Shown piece by piece: positions 1 to 9,044 of a stretch of 64,000 nucleotides of DNA. The translations under genes and the position numbers were made by a program. This DNA comes from Bacillota bacterium. GTDB lineage: Bacteria; Bacillota; Clostridia; Christensenellales; SZUA-584. Position 1 is the first letter of the stretch. The number at the start of each line of letters is the position of its first letter. Location: contig JAEZJG010000021.1 of NCBI GenBank assembly GCA_023415795.1, positions 28,876-92,875 on the forward strand. Reading direction: 5' to 3'. The notes below the pieces were generated by a model. It saw nothing but the letters and a program-made list of their open reading frames with translations, did no database searches and was not told the DNA's origin.

Positions 1-914
1 GGATTCCCAAAATAGAAACCGCTGGTGAAGGGACGGCTGCCCGCCTTGGCAACCTCGTCCAGCAGCTGCGGGTCAAAGGGTCTCCCGGCTATCGCGTCAT
101 CTATGGCGCGTCTGTATGCGCCCGTTACACAAGCAGCATAATAGGCGGATTTCATGCGCCCTTCAATCTTGAAGGAAACGATGCCCGCTTCCATCAGCTT
201 GTCGATATGCTCGATCATGCAAAGGTCTTTGGAGTTCATCACGTATGTACCGCGGTCGTCCGAATATGCCGGGTAATATTCACCCTCGTAGCCGCGTTCA
301 GACAAATGGTATTCCCAGCGGCAGGGCTGGGCGCATGCGCCGCTGTTACCGCTCCGTCCCGTGAACACGCTGCTCAAAAGGCAGCGTCCCGAATACGCGA
401 TGCACATCGCACCGTGAACAAAAGCCTCCAGCTCCAGCGTTTGCGGCGTTTTGGCGCGTATCTCCGAAATCTCTTCCAACGACAGTTCACGCGAAAGTAT
501 CACACGGCTGACGCCCTGCTCATGCCAGAACCGTGCGGAGTGCGCGTTGGTGGTATTGGCCTGAGTGGATAGGTGCAGAGGCACGTTTGGGGCGATGCGC
601 CGGCAGGTCATCAGCACACCGGGGTCAGACACGATCAACGCATCCACCTGCGCGTCCCGCAGCGCCGCGACGTAATCATCCAGCCCCGCGAAATCCTGCG
701 CGTGAAACACCGCATTCAGCGTGATATACAGCTTTTTGCCGCGCGCGTGCAGCAGCTGCGCCGCCTCAGCGATACCCTCTGGCGTAAAGTTGTCCGCAAA
801 CGCCCGCAGGCCATACGATTTACCCGCGGCGTACACCGCGTCCGCGCCGAAGTTGGCAGCGGCAATCAGGCTTTCAAGGCTCCCCGCGGGAGCCAGCAAT
901 TCATATTTTCCCAT
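1..914 (-). CDS. Peptidase U32 family protein (collagenase-like, YrrN/YrrO type); partial, 3' end lies beyond the window start
   Basis: Not in the ORF track because it runs off the edge. My translation of the minus strand from the ATG at 912-914 reads MGKYELLAPAGSLESLIAAANFGADAVYAAGKSYGLRAF...LHLSTQANTTN...EAFVHGAMCIAYSGRCLLS...FKIEGRMKSAYY, the usual U32 pattern. Confidence 0.8.
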   Translation of the reverse strand, partial: MGKYELLAPAGSLESLIAAANFGADAVYAAGKSYGLRAFADNFTPEGIAEAAQLLHARGKKLYITLNAVFHAQDFAGLDDYVAALRDAQVDALIVSDPGVLMTCRRIAPNVPLHLSTQANTTNAHSARFWHEQGVSRVILSRELSLEEISEIRAKTPQTLELEAFVHGAMCIAYSGRCLLSSVFTGRSGNSGACAQPCRWEYHLSERGYEGEYYPAYSDDRGTYVMNSKDLCMIEHIDKLMEAGIVSFKIEGRMKSAYYAACVTGAYRRAIDDAIAGRPFDPQLLDEVAKAGSRPFTSGFYFGN

Positions 915-919
915 TTATA

Positions 920-2191
920 TTACCATAGCGGCGAGTATTCTTTGACGTTGGCGTTATGCTCCTCCAGCGTTTTGGCAAACGCCAGATCGCCCGTCTTGGG
1001 ATCCTTGTTGCAGAAGTAGAGATACCCTTCCGTCAGGAATTCCTCATCCGGATACAACGCTGCCTCTATCGCTTTCTGACCGGGGTTTGCAATGGGTCCG
1101 ATAGGCAGACCGGTCACCCGATACGTGTTGTATGGCGAATCGATCGCCTGCTCCTCTGCGGTATAGACGAACTTCTTAAGCCCAGTCACATAACGCAGCG
1201 ACGCGCAAGAATCCATTCGCATATCTGCGTCCATGCGGTTGTGGAAAACAGCTGACACCTTCTTGAAATCTTTGGGCAGGCCTTCCCATTCAATGATGGA
1301 CGCCAGTGTCATCACTTCGTCTATCGTCATGCCGATTTCCTCCGCTCTGTCCTCTAGCTGCACGGTAAACACATTGTTGAAGCGTCGGAGCAGCTTCTCA
1401 ACCACATCCTTGGGCGCGGCATCAGCATAGAACTCGTATGTGTCGGGGAACATATACCCCTCCATCAGATACTTGCGTCCTTCCATTTGTGCCGTTTCGG
1501 TGACAGCGGTGAGAAATTCAAAGCCGGGGAAAGCCTCTGGATCATCGCAAAGCTTGAGAAATTCGTCACGCTCGCTCTCGTCAAACATCTTTTCGGATAC
1601 CAGCTTTGCGGCCATATCCTCTATTGTCATGCCCTCGGTGAAGGTGATTTTAATCGTCTTGCGACCGCCGTCTCCCGCCACCAGCACATCCATAATCTGC
1701 TCCATCGTCATACCGGGCGACAGATTGTATTTCCCCGCCTGAAGGCTGGACGATTTGTCGTTGAAATCTACATACATTTGGAAGACAAACTTGTTACGGA
1801 TAAGCCCCTGTTCAAAGAGCTGCCCCGCGATGCCGGACAGGGACGACCCCTTCTTGATTTCCACCTGCTGATACTGCGTCGTATCGGTGGAAACGGGGGC
1901 AAGATAATTGCTCTCCACGTGGTTATACAGCGATATGCCCAGCAGCGTCACCAAACCAAGGCTGACCGCTAAAATCAGCAGCGGGCGCAGCACACGCCAC
2001 GCCATCCAGCCCGCCGTCAGATCCTTGAGCGATCCGCGCTCCTCACTCCTCTCCTGCGGCTCTTTGGGACCGCCTTCAAGAGAGAACGCCTTGGTTTCGC
2101 CGTTGTCGCCGGATGTGCCGGCTACGGGTCCAAACGTACGCGTTTCGTTATTGTCGCCGCCGAGAAAATCGTTATAACCTTTATCCGCCAT
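920..2191 (-). CDS. mltG: Endolytic murein transglycosylase MltG (YceG-like)
   Basis: 423-aa ORF. It has a disordered N-terminus, a single TM helix (LRPLLILAVSLGLVTLLGISL) and a YceG-like domain (GYMFPDTYEF, IIEWEG, FHNR, PYNTY..GLPIGPIANPG). Confidence 0.85.
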   Translation of the reverse strand: MADKGYNDFLGGDNNETRTFGPVAGTSGDNGETKAFSLEGGPKEPQERSEERGSLKDLTAGWMAWRVLRPLLILAVSLGLVTLLGISLYNHVESNYLAPVSTDTTQYQQVEIKKGSSLSGIAGQLFEQGLIRNKFVFQMYVDFNDKSSSLQAGKYNLSPGMTMEQIMDVLVAGDGGRKTIKITFTEGMTIEDMAAKLVSEKMFDESERDEFLKLCDDPEAFPGFEFLTAVTETAQMEGRKYLMEGYMFPDTYEFYADAAPKDVVEKLLRRFNNVFTVQLEDRAEEIGMTIDEVMTLASIIEWEGLPKDFKKVSAVFHNRMDADMRMDSCASLRYVTGLKKFVYTAEEQAIDSPYNTYRVTGLPIGPIANPGQKAIEAALYPDEEFLTEGYLYFCNKDPKTGDLAFAKTLEEHNANVKEYSPLW

Positions 2192-2202
2192 TGTTCCTTT
2201 CC

Positions 2203-2550
2203 TTACTCTGAGAGAAAGTCCAGCCCGATGCCACAGGCGTCGCCGATAATTTTATACACGTCGCCCACCATCGTTTGCAGCTTATATTCTGCTGCCAGAT
2301 AAGCTGCGACGTCAGGGTTGAAGCCCAGCAGTCCGCCCAGCGTTTTCAGCTTGTCCATCATATCATTGTTTGGTTCACTGCCCGACAGGTAAGCCGCCTG
2401 TGCTTCCAGCTGAAGCTTCTTGTATTCGGTAATCAGCTTTCTGTTGGTTTCGTCCGCCATCACGGGTGCCTTGAGCCGATCATATTCTTTATATTCTTCG
2501 CTTTGCTTGATCTGTGCTGCCAGCTCGTGCGCCTTGTCGTATACCAGCAT
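2203..2550 (-). CDS. YlbF/YmcA-family (UPF0342) regulatory protein
   Basis: A helical protein of about 115 aa (YDKAHELAAQIKQSEEYKEYDRLK...) in the usual position next to rnj. The ATG at 2548-2550 follows GGAGGG. The ORF-track start at 2565 is a TTG that overlaps the rnj stop. Confidence 0.6.
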   Translation of the reverse strand: MLVYDKAHELAAQIKQSEEYKEYDRLKAPVMADETNRKLITEYKKLQLEAQAAYLSGSEPNNDMMDKLKTLGGLLGFNPDVAAYLAAEYKLQTMVGDVYKIIGDACGIGLDFLSE

Positions 2551-2561
2551 AGTCCCTCCGC

Positions 2562-4229
2562 TCAAATGTCGATAATGATAGGCAGTATCATCGGGCTGCG
2601 CTTGGTCAAGTCGTACAGATATGTGCGCAGCGCTTTCTTGATGCGCCCTTTTATCGTCGTCCAGTCGGTCATCTGCTTGGCGACGCAGTCGCTGAGCTCA
2701 TCGATGATGATCTTGCGTGCCCGTTCCAGCAGATCGCTGGATTCGCGCATATATACGAATCCGCGAGAGATGATCTCCGGTCCGGATATCAGCTCGCCTG
2801 TTTCGGCAGAGATCGTCACCACCACAATGAACAGGCCGTCCTGCGACAGCAGCTTGCGGTCCCGCAGCACCACGTTGCCCACATCGCCCACGCCCAAACC
2901 ATCGATGATAACACTGCCCGCCGGCACCGTGTCTGCTTCGCGCGCAAAACGCTGATTCAACTCAATCATCTTGCCGATCTCAGGAATGAACACGTTCTTG
3001 CGCGGTATGCCAAGCCCCTCGGCCAACGCGGCGTGCCGGTATAAATGACGATATTCACCGTGCACCGGAATGAAAAACTTTGGCTTGGTGAGCGAGAGTA
3101 TCATTTTAAGCTCTTCCTGACAGGCGTGTCCGGATACGTGTACGTCCGCCACGCTCTCGTTAATCACGTTCGCGCCCCGGCGATACAGCATGTTGATGAC
3201 ATCCGACACATACTTTTCGTTGCCGGGTATCGGCGTGGACGAAATGATAACGAGGTCGCCGGGTATCATGTTGAGTTTCTTGTGTTCGCCCGCCGCCATG
3301 CGCACCAGACCGGACATCGTTTCGCCCTGGCTGCCCGTCGTTAGTATCACAACCTTGGACTTCTTCATCTTCTCGACCTGCTCCGGTTCGATCAGCATGT
3401 CCTCATCCAGCTCAAGATAACCCAAGTCCTTGGCGATTTTGGCGATTTTGAGCATGCTGCGCCCTGTGAGGCACACCTTGCGGCCGTAACGCTTAGACGC
3501 GCTGACCACCTGCTGCAAGCGGTGTATGTTGGACGCGAATGTGGCAACGATGATGCGCCCTTCCGCTTTCTTGAAATAGCTCTCGAACATATCGCCCACT
3601 TTGCTCTCAGACATCGTATAGCCGGGGCTGCCCGCATTGGTGCTGTCCGACAGCAACGCCAGCACGCCCTTCTCGCCCAGCTGCGCAAACTTGGGTATGT
3701 CGATCACTTTGCCGTCCACCGGCGTATAGTCCACTTTGAAATCACCCGTGTGCACGATGGTTCCCGACGGCGTGTGGATTGCGAAAGCCAATGCCGCGTC
3801 GATGCTGTGTGTCACGCGGATGGCTTCAATCTTAAACGCTCCCGCCGTAATCGTGTCACCCGCTTTGATGACGTTCAGCTTGACTCCCTCCGTCTTGTGC
3901 TCGGCCAGCTTGGTTTCAATCAGCGCCAGCGTCAGATCCGTGCCGTAAACCGGCGCACCCATTTCGGGCAGCAGATACGGCGTCGCACCGATATGATCCT
4001 CGTGCCCGTGCGTGATCAGCACGGCCTTGATGCGCTCCTTGTTCTTCTTTAAGTAGGTGATGTCAGGGATCACGTAATCAACCCCCAGCATGTCCTCCCG
4101 CGGAAAACACAGGCCGCAGTCAATCACGACGATATCGTTGCCGTACTCGATAACGGTCATGTTTTTGCCGATCTCGCCGACTCCGCCCAGCGGCGTGATG
4201 CGGATATTGTGTTGTTGTTTTTTTGCCAA
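2562..4229 (-). CDS. rnj: Ribonuclease J
   Basis: 555 aa with the metallo-beta-lactamase motif HGHEDHIG, a beta-CASP region and an RNase J C-terminal domain. TTG start preceded by AGAGAGGA. Confidence 0.9.
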   Translation of the reverse strand: MAKKQQHNIRITPLGGVGEIGKNMTVIEYGNDIVVIDCGLCFPREDMLGVDYVIPDITYLKKNKERIKAVLITHGHEDHIGATPYLLPEMGAPVYGTDLTLALIETKLAEHKTEGVKLNVIKAGDTITAGAFKIEAIRVTHSIDAALAFAIHTPSGTIVHTGDFKVDYTPVDGKVIDIPKFAQLGEKGVLALLSDSTNAGSPGYTMSESKVGDMFESYFKKAEGRIIVATFASNIHRLQQVVSASKRYGRKVCLTGRSMLKIAKIAKDLGYLELDEDMLIEPEQVEKMKKSKVVILTTGSQGETMSGLVRMAAGEHKKLNMIPGDLVIISSTPIPGNEKYVSDVINMLYRRGANVINESVADVHVSGHACQEELKMILSLTKPKFFIPVHGEYRHLYRHAALAEGLGIPRKNVFIPEIGKMIELNQRFAREADTVPAGSVIIDGLGVGDVGNVVLRDRKLLSQDGLFIVVVTISAETGELISGPEIISRGFVYMRESSDLLERARKIIIDELSDCVAKQMTDWTTIKGRIKKALRTYLYDLTKRSPMILPIIIDI

Positions 4230-4464
4230 GTAAAAAAATCCTCTCTTTCGTTGTCAGCATTTATCGTTAAACTCACGTTTATTCGTCATTAATAAGCCGA
4301 ATTATTCCGGCGATAATTGATTATACCATATTCTGCGCCGTACATAAACGCATCAATCTTTAAATCGGTTATTTTTTTGTTCGTATCGCCATTTGTTGCC
4401 CCCCTGTATCCGCTTATGGTAGAATAATCTCAAACATTTTCCAACCGAAAGGAACGCATAAGCC

Positions 4465-5658
4465 ATGCATATTCTCGTCTGCAACGCGGGCTCTACCTCG
4501 CTCAAATACAAGCTATTTACAATGCCGGGTGAAACGGTGCTAGCCGAGGGCAAGATGGATCGGGTCGGCTCGCGCCACGCCTCCATTTTCTCCTACAGCA
4601 GCACAAAGCACTCCTTCAAGCGCGAGGGTGTGGACATTCCGTCCTATCGCGAGGGCATACGGATATTTCTCGATGTGCTGACAGACAAAGACACCGGTGT
4701 GATCGCCAGCGTCGCCGATGTGGACGCCATCGGTTTCAAGACGGTAATCGGCAAGGGCTATACCGGTGTGCACGATATCGACGACGGCTGCATTCAGGGG
4801 CTAGAGGACTACATGAACATCGCTCCGGTGCACAACAGCGCGTACCTTGAAGCCATCCGCGCGTTCAAAGCGCTGCTGCCCGATATGCCGATGGTGGGCG
4901 TGTTCGAGCCGTTCTTCCACCGCACAATACCGGAGGAGGCGTACGTATACGGCATTCCATACGAGTGGGCGCAGGCGCACGGCATCCGCCGCTACGGCTA
5001 TCACGGCGCGTCGCACCGCTTTGTGTCTGAGACGGCAAAGGCATACGGCAATCCGCGCCACGTCATCTCGTGCCATCTGGGCGGCAGCGGTTCCATCTGC
5101 GCCGTGAAGGATGGTCAGTCGCAGAACAACAGCTTTGGGTTTTCGCTGCAGACAGGCGTGCAGCACAGCACGCGTACGGGCGATCTCGACCCGTTCATCC
5201 CCATCTATCTGCTCAAGTCCGGCATGACGTTGGACGAGGTGTGGGATGGCCTTGTGAAGCGCGGCGGTCTGCTGGGTATCTCCGGCGTTTCGGGGGACTT
5301 GCGCGACATTCAGGAGGCAGCGAAAGCGGGCAATGCACAGGCGCAGCTCGCCATCGACGTTTACTGTCACGGTATCCGCAGCTATATCGGCAGCTATTAC
5401 GCGCAGCTGGGCGGGCTTGATCTGCTGGCCTTCACCGGCGGCATCGGCGAAAACTCCGCGTTGGTGCGCCGCTTGGTCTGCGAGCCGCTCGCGCACTTCG
5501 GTATCGTTCTCGACCCGGACAAAAACGAAGCCTGCCGCGGCGACGAGGCGGTGATCTCTGCTCCGAATTCGCGCGTTACCGTCGCCGTCATCCCCGCCAA
5601 CGAGGAGCTCGTTCTCGCCCGCGAGGTGAGCGCCCACATGGCGGCGAAGCTGGGATAG
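4465..5658 (+). CDS. Acetate/propionate-kinase family protein (divergent)
   Basis: 397 aa. N-terminal ILVCNAGSTSLKYKLF, then NIAPVHN, YGYHGASH and TGGIGEN. Several canonical AckA motifs are substituted (see findings). Confidence 0.75.
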   Translation: MHILVCNAGSTSLKYKLFTMPGETVLAEGKMDRVGSRHASIFSYSSTKHSFKREGVDIPSYREGIRIFLDVLTDKDTGVIASVADVDAIGFKTVIGKGYTGVHDIDDGCIQGLEDYMNIAPVHNSAYLEAIRAFKALLPDMPMVGVFEPFFHRTIPEEAYVYGIPYEWAQAHGIRRYGYHGASHRFVSETAKAYGNPRHVISCHLGGSGSICAVKDGQSQNNSFGFSLQTGVQHSTRTGDLDPFIPIYLLKSGMTLDEVWDGLVKRGGLLGISGVSGDLRDIQEAAKAGNAQAQLAIDVYCHGIRSYIGSYYAQLGGLDLLAFTGGIGENSALVRRLVCEPLAHFGIVLDPDKNEACRGDEAVISAPNSRVTVAVIPANEELVLAREVSAHMAAKLG

Positions 5659-5668
5659 TCTAGTTTTA

Positions 5669-5730
5669 TAAGACCATGGAGGCTCTGCCTCCACACCTCC
5701 GCCCAAGGGACTTAGTCCCTTGGGAATCCC
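5669..5730. repeat. Double-hairpin intergenic repeat, copy A
   Basis: taagaccatGGAGGCtctGCCTCCacacctccgCCCAAGGGACttaGTCCCTTGGGaatccc. About 80% identical to copy B at 9045-9105, in the same orientation. Confidence 0.7.
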
Positions 5731-5813
5731 ATCAGGGAAATGCTGCGCAATATCCCTTGAATAAGCTGCTTAAAATAATATCTATCAAAGGTCATTGTAA
5801 GGAGTGGCTACTT

Positions 5814-5993
5814 ATGGCTATAAATAAAAAGAAAATAAAAGCTGAGTATCGCTCATTTTTAAAGCAATACGCACGCAAACATAAAAATAGCCCTGATCCA
5901 AACGACCGGCATTATGACAGAAAGCTTGAAGAAAAAATTAAACGCATGAAACCCGCAGATCTTTGTTCTTTATTAGATGATGATTATATCTAA
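5814..5993 (+). CDS. Hypothetical small basic protein (59 aa)
   Basis: The ATG at 5814 lies 9 nt after AAGGAG (5799-5804). Sequence is MAINKKKIKAEYRSFLKQYARKHKNSPDPNDRHYDRKLEEKIKRMKPADLCSLLDDDYI. The local sequence is AT-rich. No family recognised. Confidence 0.4.
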   Translation: MAINKKKIKAEYRSFLKQYARKHKNSPDPNDRHYDRKLEEKIKRMKPADLCSLLDDDYI

Positions 5994-6109
5994 AATAATT
6001 TGATGTTAGAGAGGATACGATAACATTCCCTTATAAATTTTTTGGCCGTTCATATTGATTCCCCTTTCAGGGGAAGCTGTCGCCGAAGGCGACTGATTAG
6101 GTTAAAACT

Positions 6110-6458
6110 ATGAAGGGCATTTACAATCCCCGTTTAGCCAACCACGCTCAAACTTTACGAAAGAATATGACCAAAGAGAACGCCATCTATGATCCGATTT
6201 TTTGAAAAGTCTGCCCGTTATTATTCACCGTCAAAAAGTTATTGGGAACAATATCGTTGCGCCACTGCTAAGCTGGTCATTGAACTTGACGGCTCACAGC
6301 ACTATGACACGTCAGGCATTGAAAGCGACGCCCCGAGGGACGTATACCTTTGCAGTCTTGGCTTGACTTTCAAACGGTATTCCAATGCAGACATAAAGCT
6401 CAGATTTGATAGCGTTTGCGAGAACATATCTGATTTCATCTATCGGCGTAACAGCTAA
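6110..6458 (+). pseudogene. Decayed DUF559 (Vsr-like endonuclease domain) gene
   Basis: The frame from the ATG at 6110 gives MKGIYNPRLANHAQTLRKNMTKE and then loses the family pattern. The +1 frame continues ERHL*SDFLKSLPVIIHRQKVIGNNIV, with TGA where Trp is expected. A third frame (ORF 6189..6458) carries AKLVIELDGSQHY...YLCSLGLTFKRYSNADI. That is at least two frameshifts plus one nonsense codon. Confidence 0.7.
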
Positions 6459-6568
6459 CACCTCATCCGGCACTTCGTGCCACCTTCCCATCGCAGGGGA
6501 AGGCTTTTCTTATCTATGCCCTTGAACGGAGGCGGAAACAGCGCCTCCGCTATCTTAACCCTCTCAAC

Positions 6569-8956
6569 TCACTGCTCCTCGCCCGTCTCTTCCTGAGGTT
6601 TTTTCAGTATCCGCCGCACCATGTCAGTGTACCGTTCGCACAGCTCTGCGGCGAACTCCTCGGTGTCGCCCTCAGTACGGATAACGATGGTCGGCCTTGT
6701 CGCATGGGGGCAGATGTACCCGTAGCCGCCCGCGACGTCGAGGCGCAGGCCCTCGCTGGCTGTCGCGCCGCCTTGCGCATATACCCCGCCGATCACACGT
6801 CCGATGTCCTCCCAGTCACAGCCTACCGTCTTCACCTTCATGTGCGACGGTTCTATCATTGCACCCACCTCGCTGGCCGATAAACCGGTGCGCGCCAAAT
6901 GTTCCGTGAACCGGCACAGCATGAACACGCCGTCGTACAGCACACGCCGCGCATCCACCGATAATGACGCCGCGGCTTCCTCCTCCGATGCAAACGAATA
7001 CGTGAGTCCCAGTATATCTGCCATCGCCGCAACCGCACGCGTCACGCCGGACGGCAGGCTGATCTCGCTGCCCGACAGCGTGTTCATTACCAGATAATAC
7101 GCCAGAGTCTGACAATCCTGAGCATTCAGTATTCGCCCATCCGGCAGATGCAGCGCACCCACCTGACCGTTTTTGGACATGTGGACACCAAACTCTGCTT
7201 CCTCGTCCTGTGTCGCTTTGCCAATCGCTTCTCCGTGGTGTTGGCTGATACGTGCGCCGCACGCTTCCAGCGCTTTGGCTACCAGCGCGTCGGCGTCCCG
7301 CCCACCGGCGACAACCACTTTAATCCCCGCTGTCTTTACCGCGCTCCAGTCAATCTTCTGATTGATAGCGCTCAGGTAAAACTGCTCCGCAAGGTCAACC
7401 CACGTGCGCTCACCCGTCTTGGGACAGGAGAGCTGCTCGCCCTGCGCAAAGTATTTAGACTCTATCTTGCGGCGCGTCTGCTTCGACAGCATGAACAGCT
7501 CCGGCTCGAACAGATCGACGTACATCTTCTGTTTATGCGCCCGCAGCACAATGCACAGTCCCGCGTCCAGTGTCTGCGCCAGCTGCGCGCATACAGGCCG
7601 CAGCACACTCTTCATCGCCAACACATTAACGCCGCTCATCGTCAGCATGCCCTCCGCCTGTGAAAGCGCCGCGCTGCACAGCGGGCTGCCGTCAGTGCAG
7701 ACCGCCACTCGCTTGCCGGACATATGCTCCGCCACCGCGCCGAATATCTTTGCCAGCCGCAGCGGGGTTAAATCAACTCCCACATCGCCTACAAAGCCGC
7801 CGCGCCCGATGAAGCCGGTACGCTTGCCGCTGCCCCAGACGATGTTCTCGCCCACCACCGCTCCGGTAGATATCTGCTTCTCCGGCCATATGCGTACACG
7901 AGGGGAAACACGGCTTTCTCCGGACAGTGCACTCCGTTCGCCCACCACCGCTCCCTCATACACACTGGCGCGCTCGCCTACTGAACAATTTTCTGCCACC
8001 ACGCAGCCGGACAGCTTGGCGTGCCGTCCGATACGCGTATGCTTGTGCAGCACGCAGCGTTTAAGGTTGGCATACGCCCCCAAGCGCGAACCCGCGCCCA
8101 CACAAGCATACCGCCCGACCTTCGCACCGTCACCGATCACCGCGTCCGCACCGATAAAGCTGGGTGATTGTATCAGCGCCGAGTTGCTGATGGATGCGCC
8201 TTCGCCCACCCAGATACCGCCCGCGTTGCGTCCCAGAATATCCACCTGTACCGAGCCTTTGAGTATGTCCTCATGCGCTTTGATATAGCTATCGATGTTG
8301 CCGACGTCGCACCAGTAGCCGTCTGCCACCCAGCCGTATATCGGCATACCTTTGCTCATCATCAGCGGGAACACGTTCTTGGCGAAATCGAACTGCGTGC
8401 GGTCGGGGATAAGGTCCAGCACCTCGGGCTCCAGCACGTAGATGCCCGTATTGACTGTATCAGAGAACACGTCCTCCCAGCCCGGCTTCTCCACAAACCG
8501 CTCCACCCCGCCCTCATCTGACGTGATTACCACGCCGTATTCCAGCGGGCTGCCCAGCCGCTTGAGGACAATAGTCGCCATCGCGCCGCCCTGCTTATGG
8601 GCCTGCACAGCTGCCGTCAGGTCGATATCCGTCAGTGCGTCGCCGCTTACGATCAAAAAAGTGCCGTCGATGAACGGTGCGGCGTTTTTCACGCTGCCCG
8701 CCGTTCCGAGCGGCACATCTTCAATAAAAAATTCCATATGGACGTTCTGCGGCTTGTTGTCAGCAAACCAGCCGGTGACGACGGACGGCAAATACCCCAG
8801 CGTCAGCGCCATTTCTGAAATGCCGTGGCGTAAAAGATGCTCGGTTACATAGCTGAGCATCGGTTTGTCGAGCAGTGTCACCATGGGTTTGGGGACGGCG
8901 CACGTGAGCGGACGAAGGCGCGTGCCCTCTCCGCCGGCCATTACGATTGCTTTCAT
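6569..8956 (-). CDS. Sugar-phosphate nucleotidyltransferase (mannose-1-P guanylyltransferase-like) fused to a left-handed beta-helix and a phosphoglucomutase/phosphomannomutase-like C-terminal region
   Basis: 795 aa. N-terminal MKAIVMAGGEGTRLRPLT..PKPMV (NTP-transferase G-loop), hexapeptide-repeat middle part, and a long PGM/PMM-like C-terminal half. Confidence 0.75.
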   Translation of the reverse strand: MKAIVMAGGEGTRLRPLTCAVPKPMVTLLDKPMLSYVTEHLLRHGISEMALTLGYLPSVVTGWFADNKPQNVHMEFFIEDVPLGTAGSVKNAAPFIDGTFLIVSGDALTDIDLTAAVQAHKQGGAMATIVLKRLGSPLEYGVVITSDEGGVERFVEKPGWEDVFSDTVNTGIYVLEPEVLDLIPDRTQFDFAKNVFPLMMSKGMPIYGWVADGYWCDVGNIDSYIKAHEDILKGSVQVDILGRNAGGIWVGEGASISNSALIQSPSFIGADAVIGDGAKVGRYACVGAGSRLGAYANLKRCVLHKHTRIGRHAKLSGCVVAENCSVGERASVYEGAVVGERSALSGESRVSPRVRIWPEKQISTGAVVGENIVWGSGKRTGFIGRGGFVGDVGVDLTPLRLAKIFGAVAEHMSGKRVAVCTDGSPLCSAALSQAEGMLTMSGVNVLAMKSVLRPVCAQLAQTLDAGLCIVLRAHKQKMYVDLFEPELFMLSKQTRRKIESKYFAQGEQLSCPKTGERTWVDLAEQFYLSAINQKIDWSAVKTAGIKVVVAGGRDADALVAKALEACGARISQHHGEAIGKATQDEEAEFGVHMSKNGQVGALHLPDGRILNAQDCQTLAYYLVMNTLSGSEISLPSGVTRAVAAMADILGLTYSFASEEEAAASLSVDARRVLYDGVFMLCRFTEHLARTGLSASEVGAMIEPSHMKVKTVGCDWEDIGRVIGGVYAQGGATASEGLRLDVAGGYGYICPHATRPTIVIRTEGDTEEFAAELCERYTDMVRRILKKPQEETGEEQ

Positions 8957-9044
8957 AAGTCATGCTCTCCCGATCAAAAGGATAGCATTATTATGCGCAT
9001 CGGTTCTTTTGGCTATTCTGTTTTGTTATGCTACTTGATCCTTT

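Noticed and set aside
5702-5730. A tRNA 3'-end-like fragment (..GGGAATCCC) that might have marked an integration (att) site, with its counterpart at 9081-9105.
   Set aside because: There is no T-loop consensus (GGTTCGAATCC), acceptor stem or CCA context. There is also no integrase or mobile-element gene between the copies. I treat it as a REP-like hairpin repeat.
5676-5813. An N-terminal extension of the small ORF (ORF-track 5676..5993, 105 aa).
   Set aside because: The extension is a read-through of the double-hairpin repeat with no SD. A proper AAGGAG-ATG pair exists at 5799/5814.
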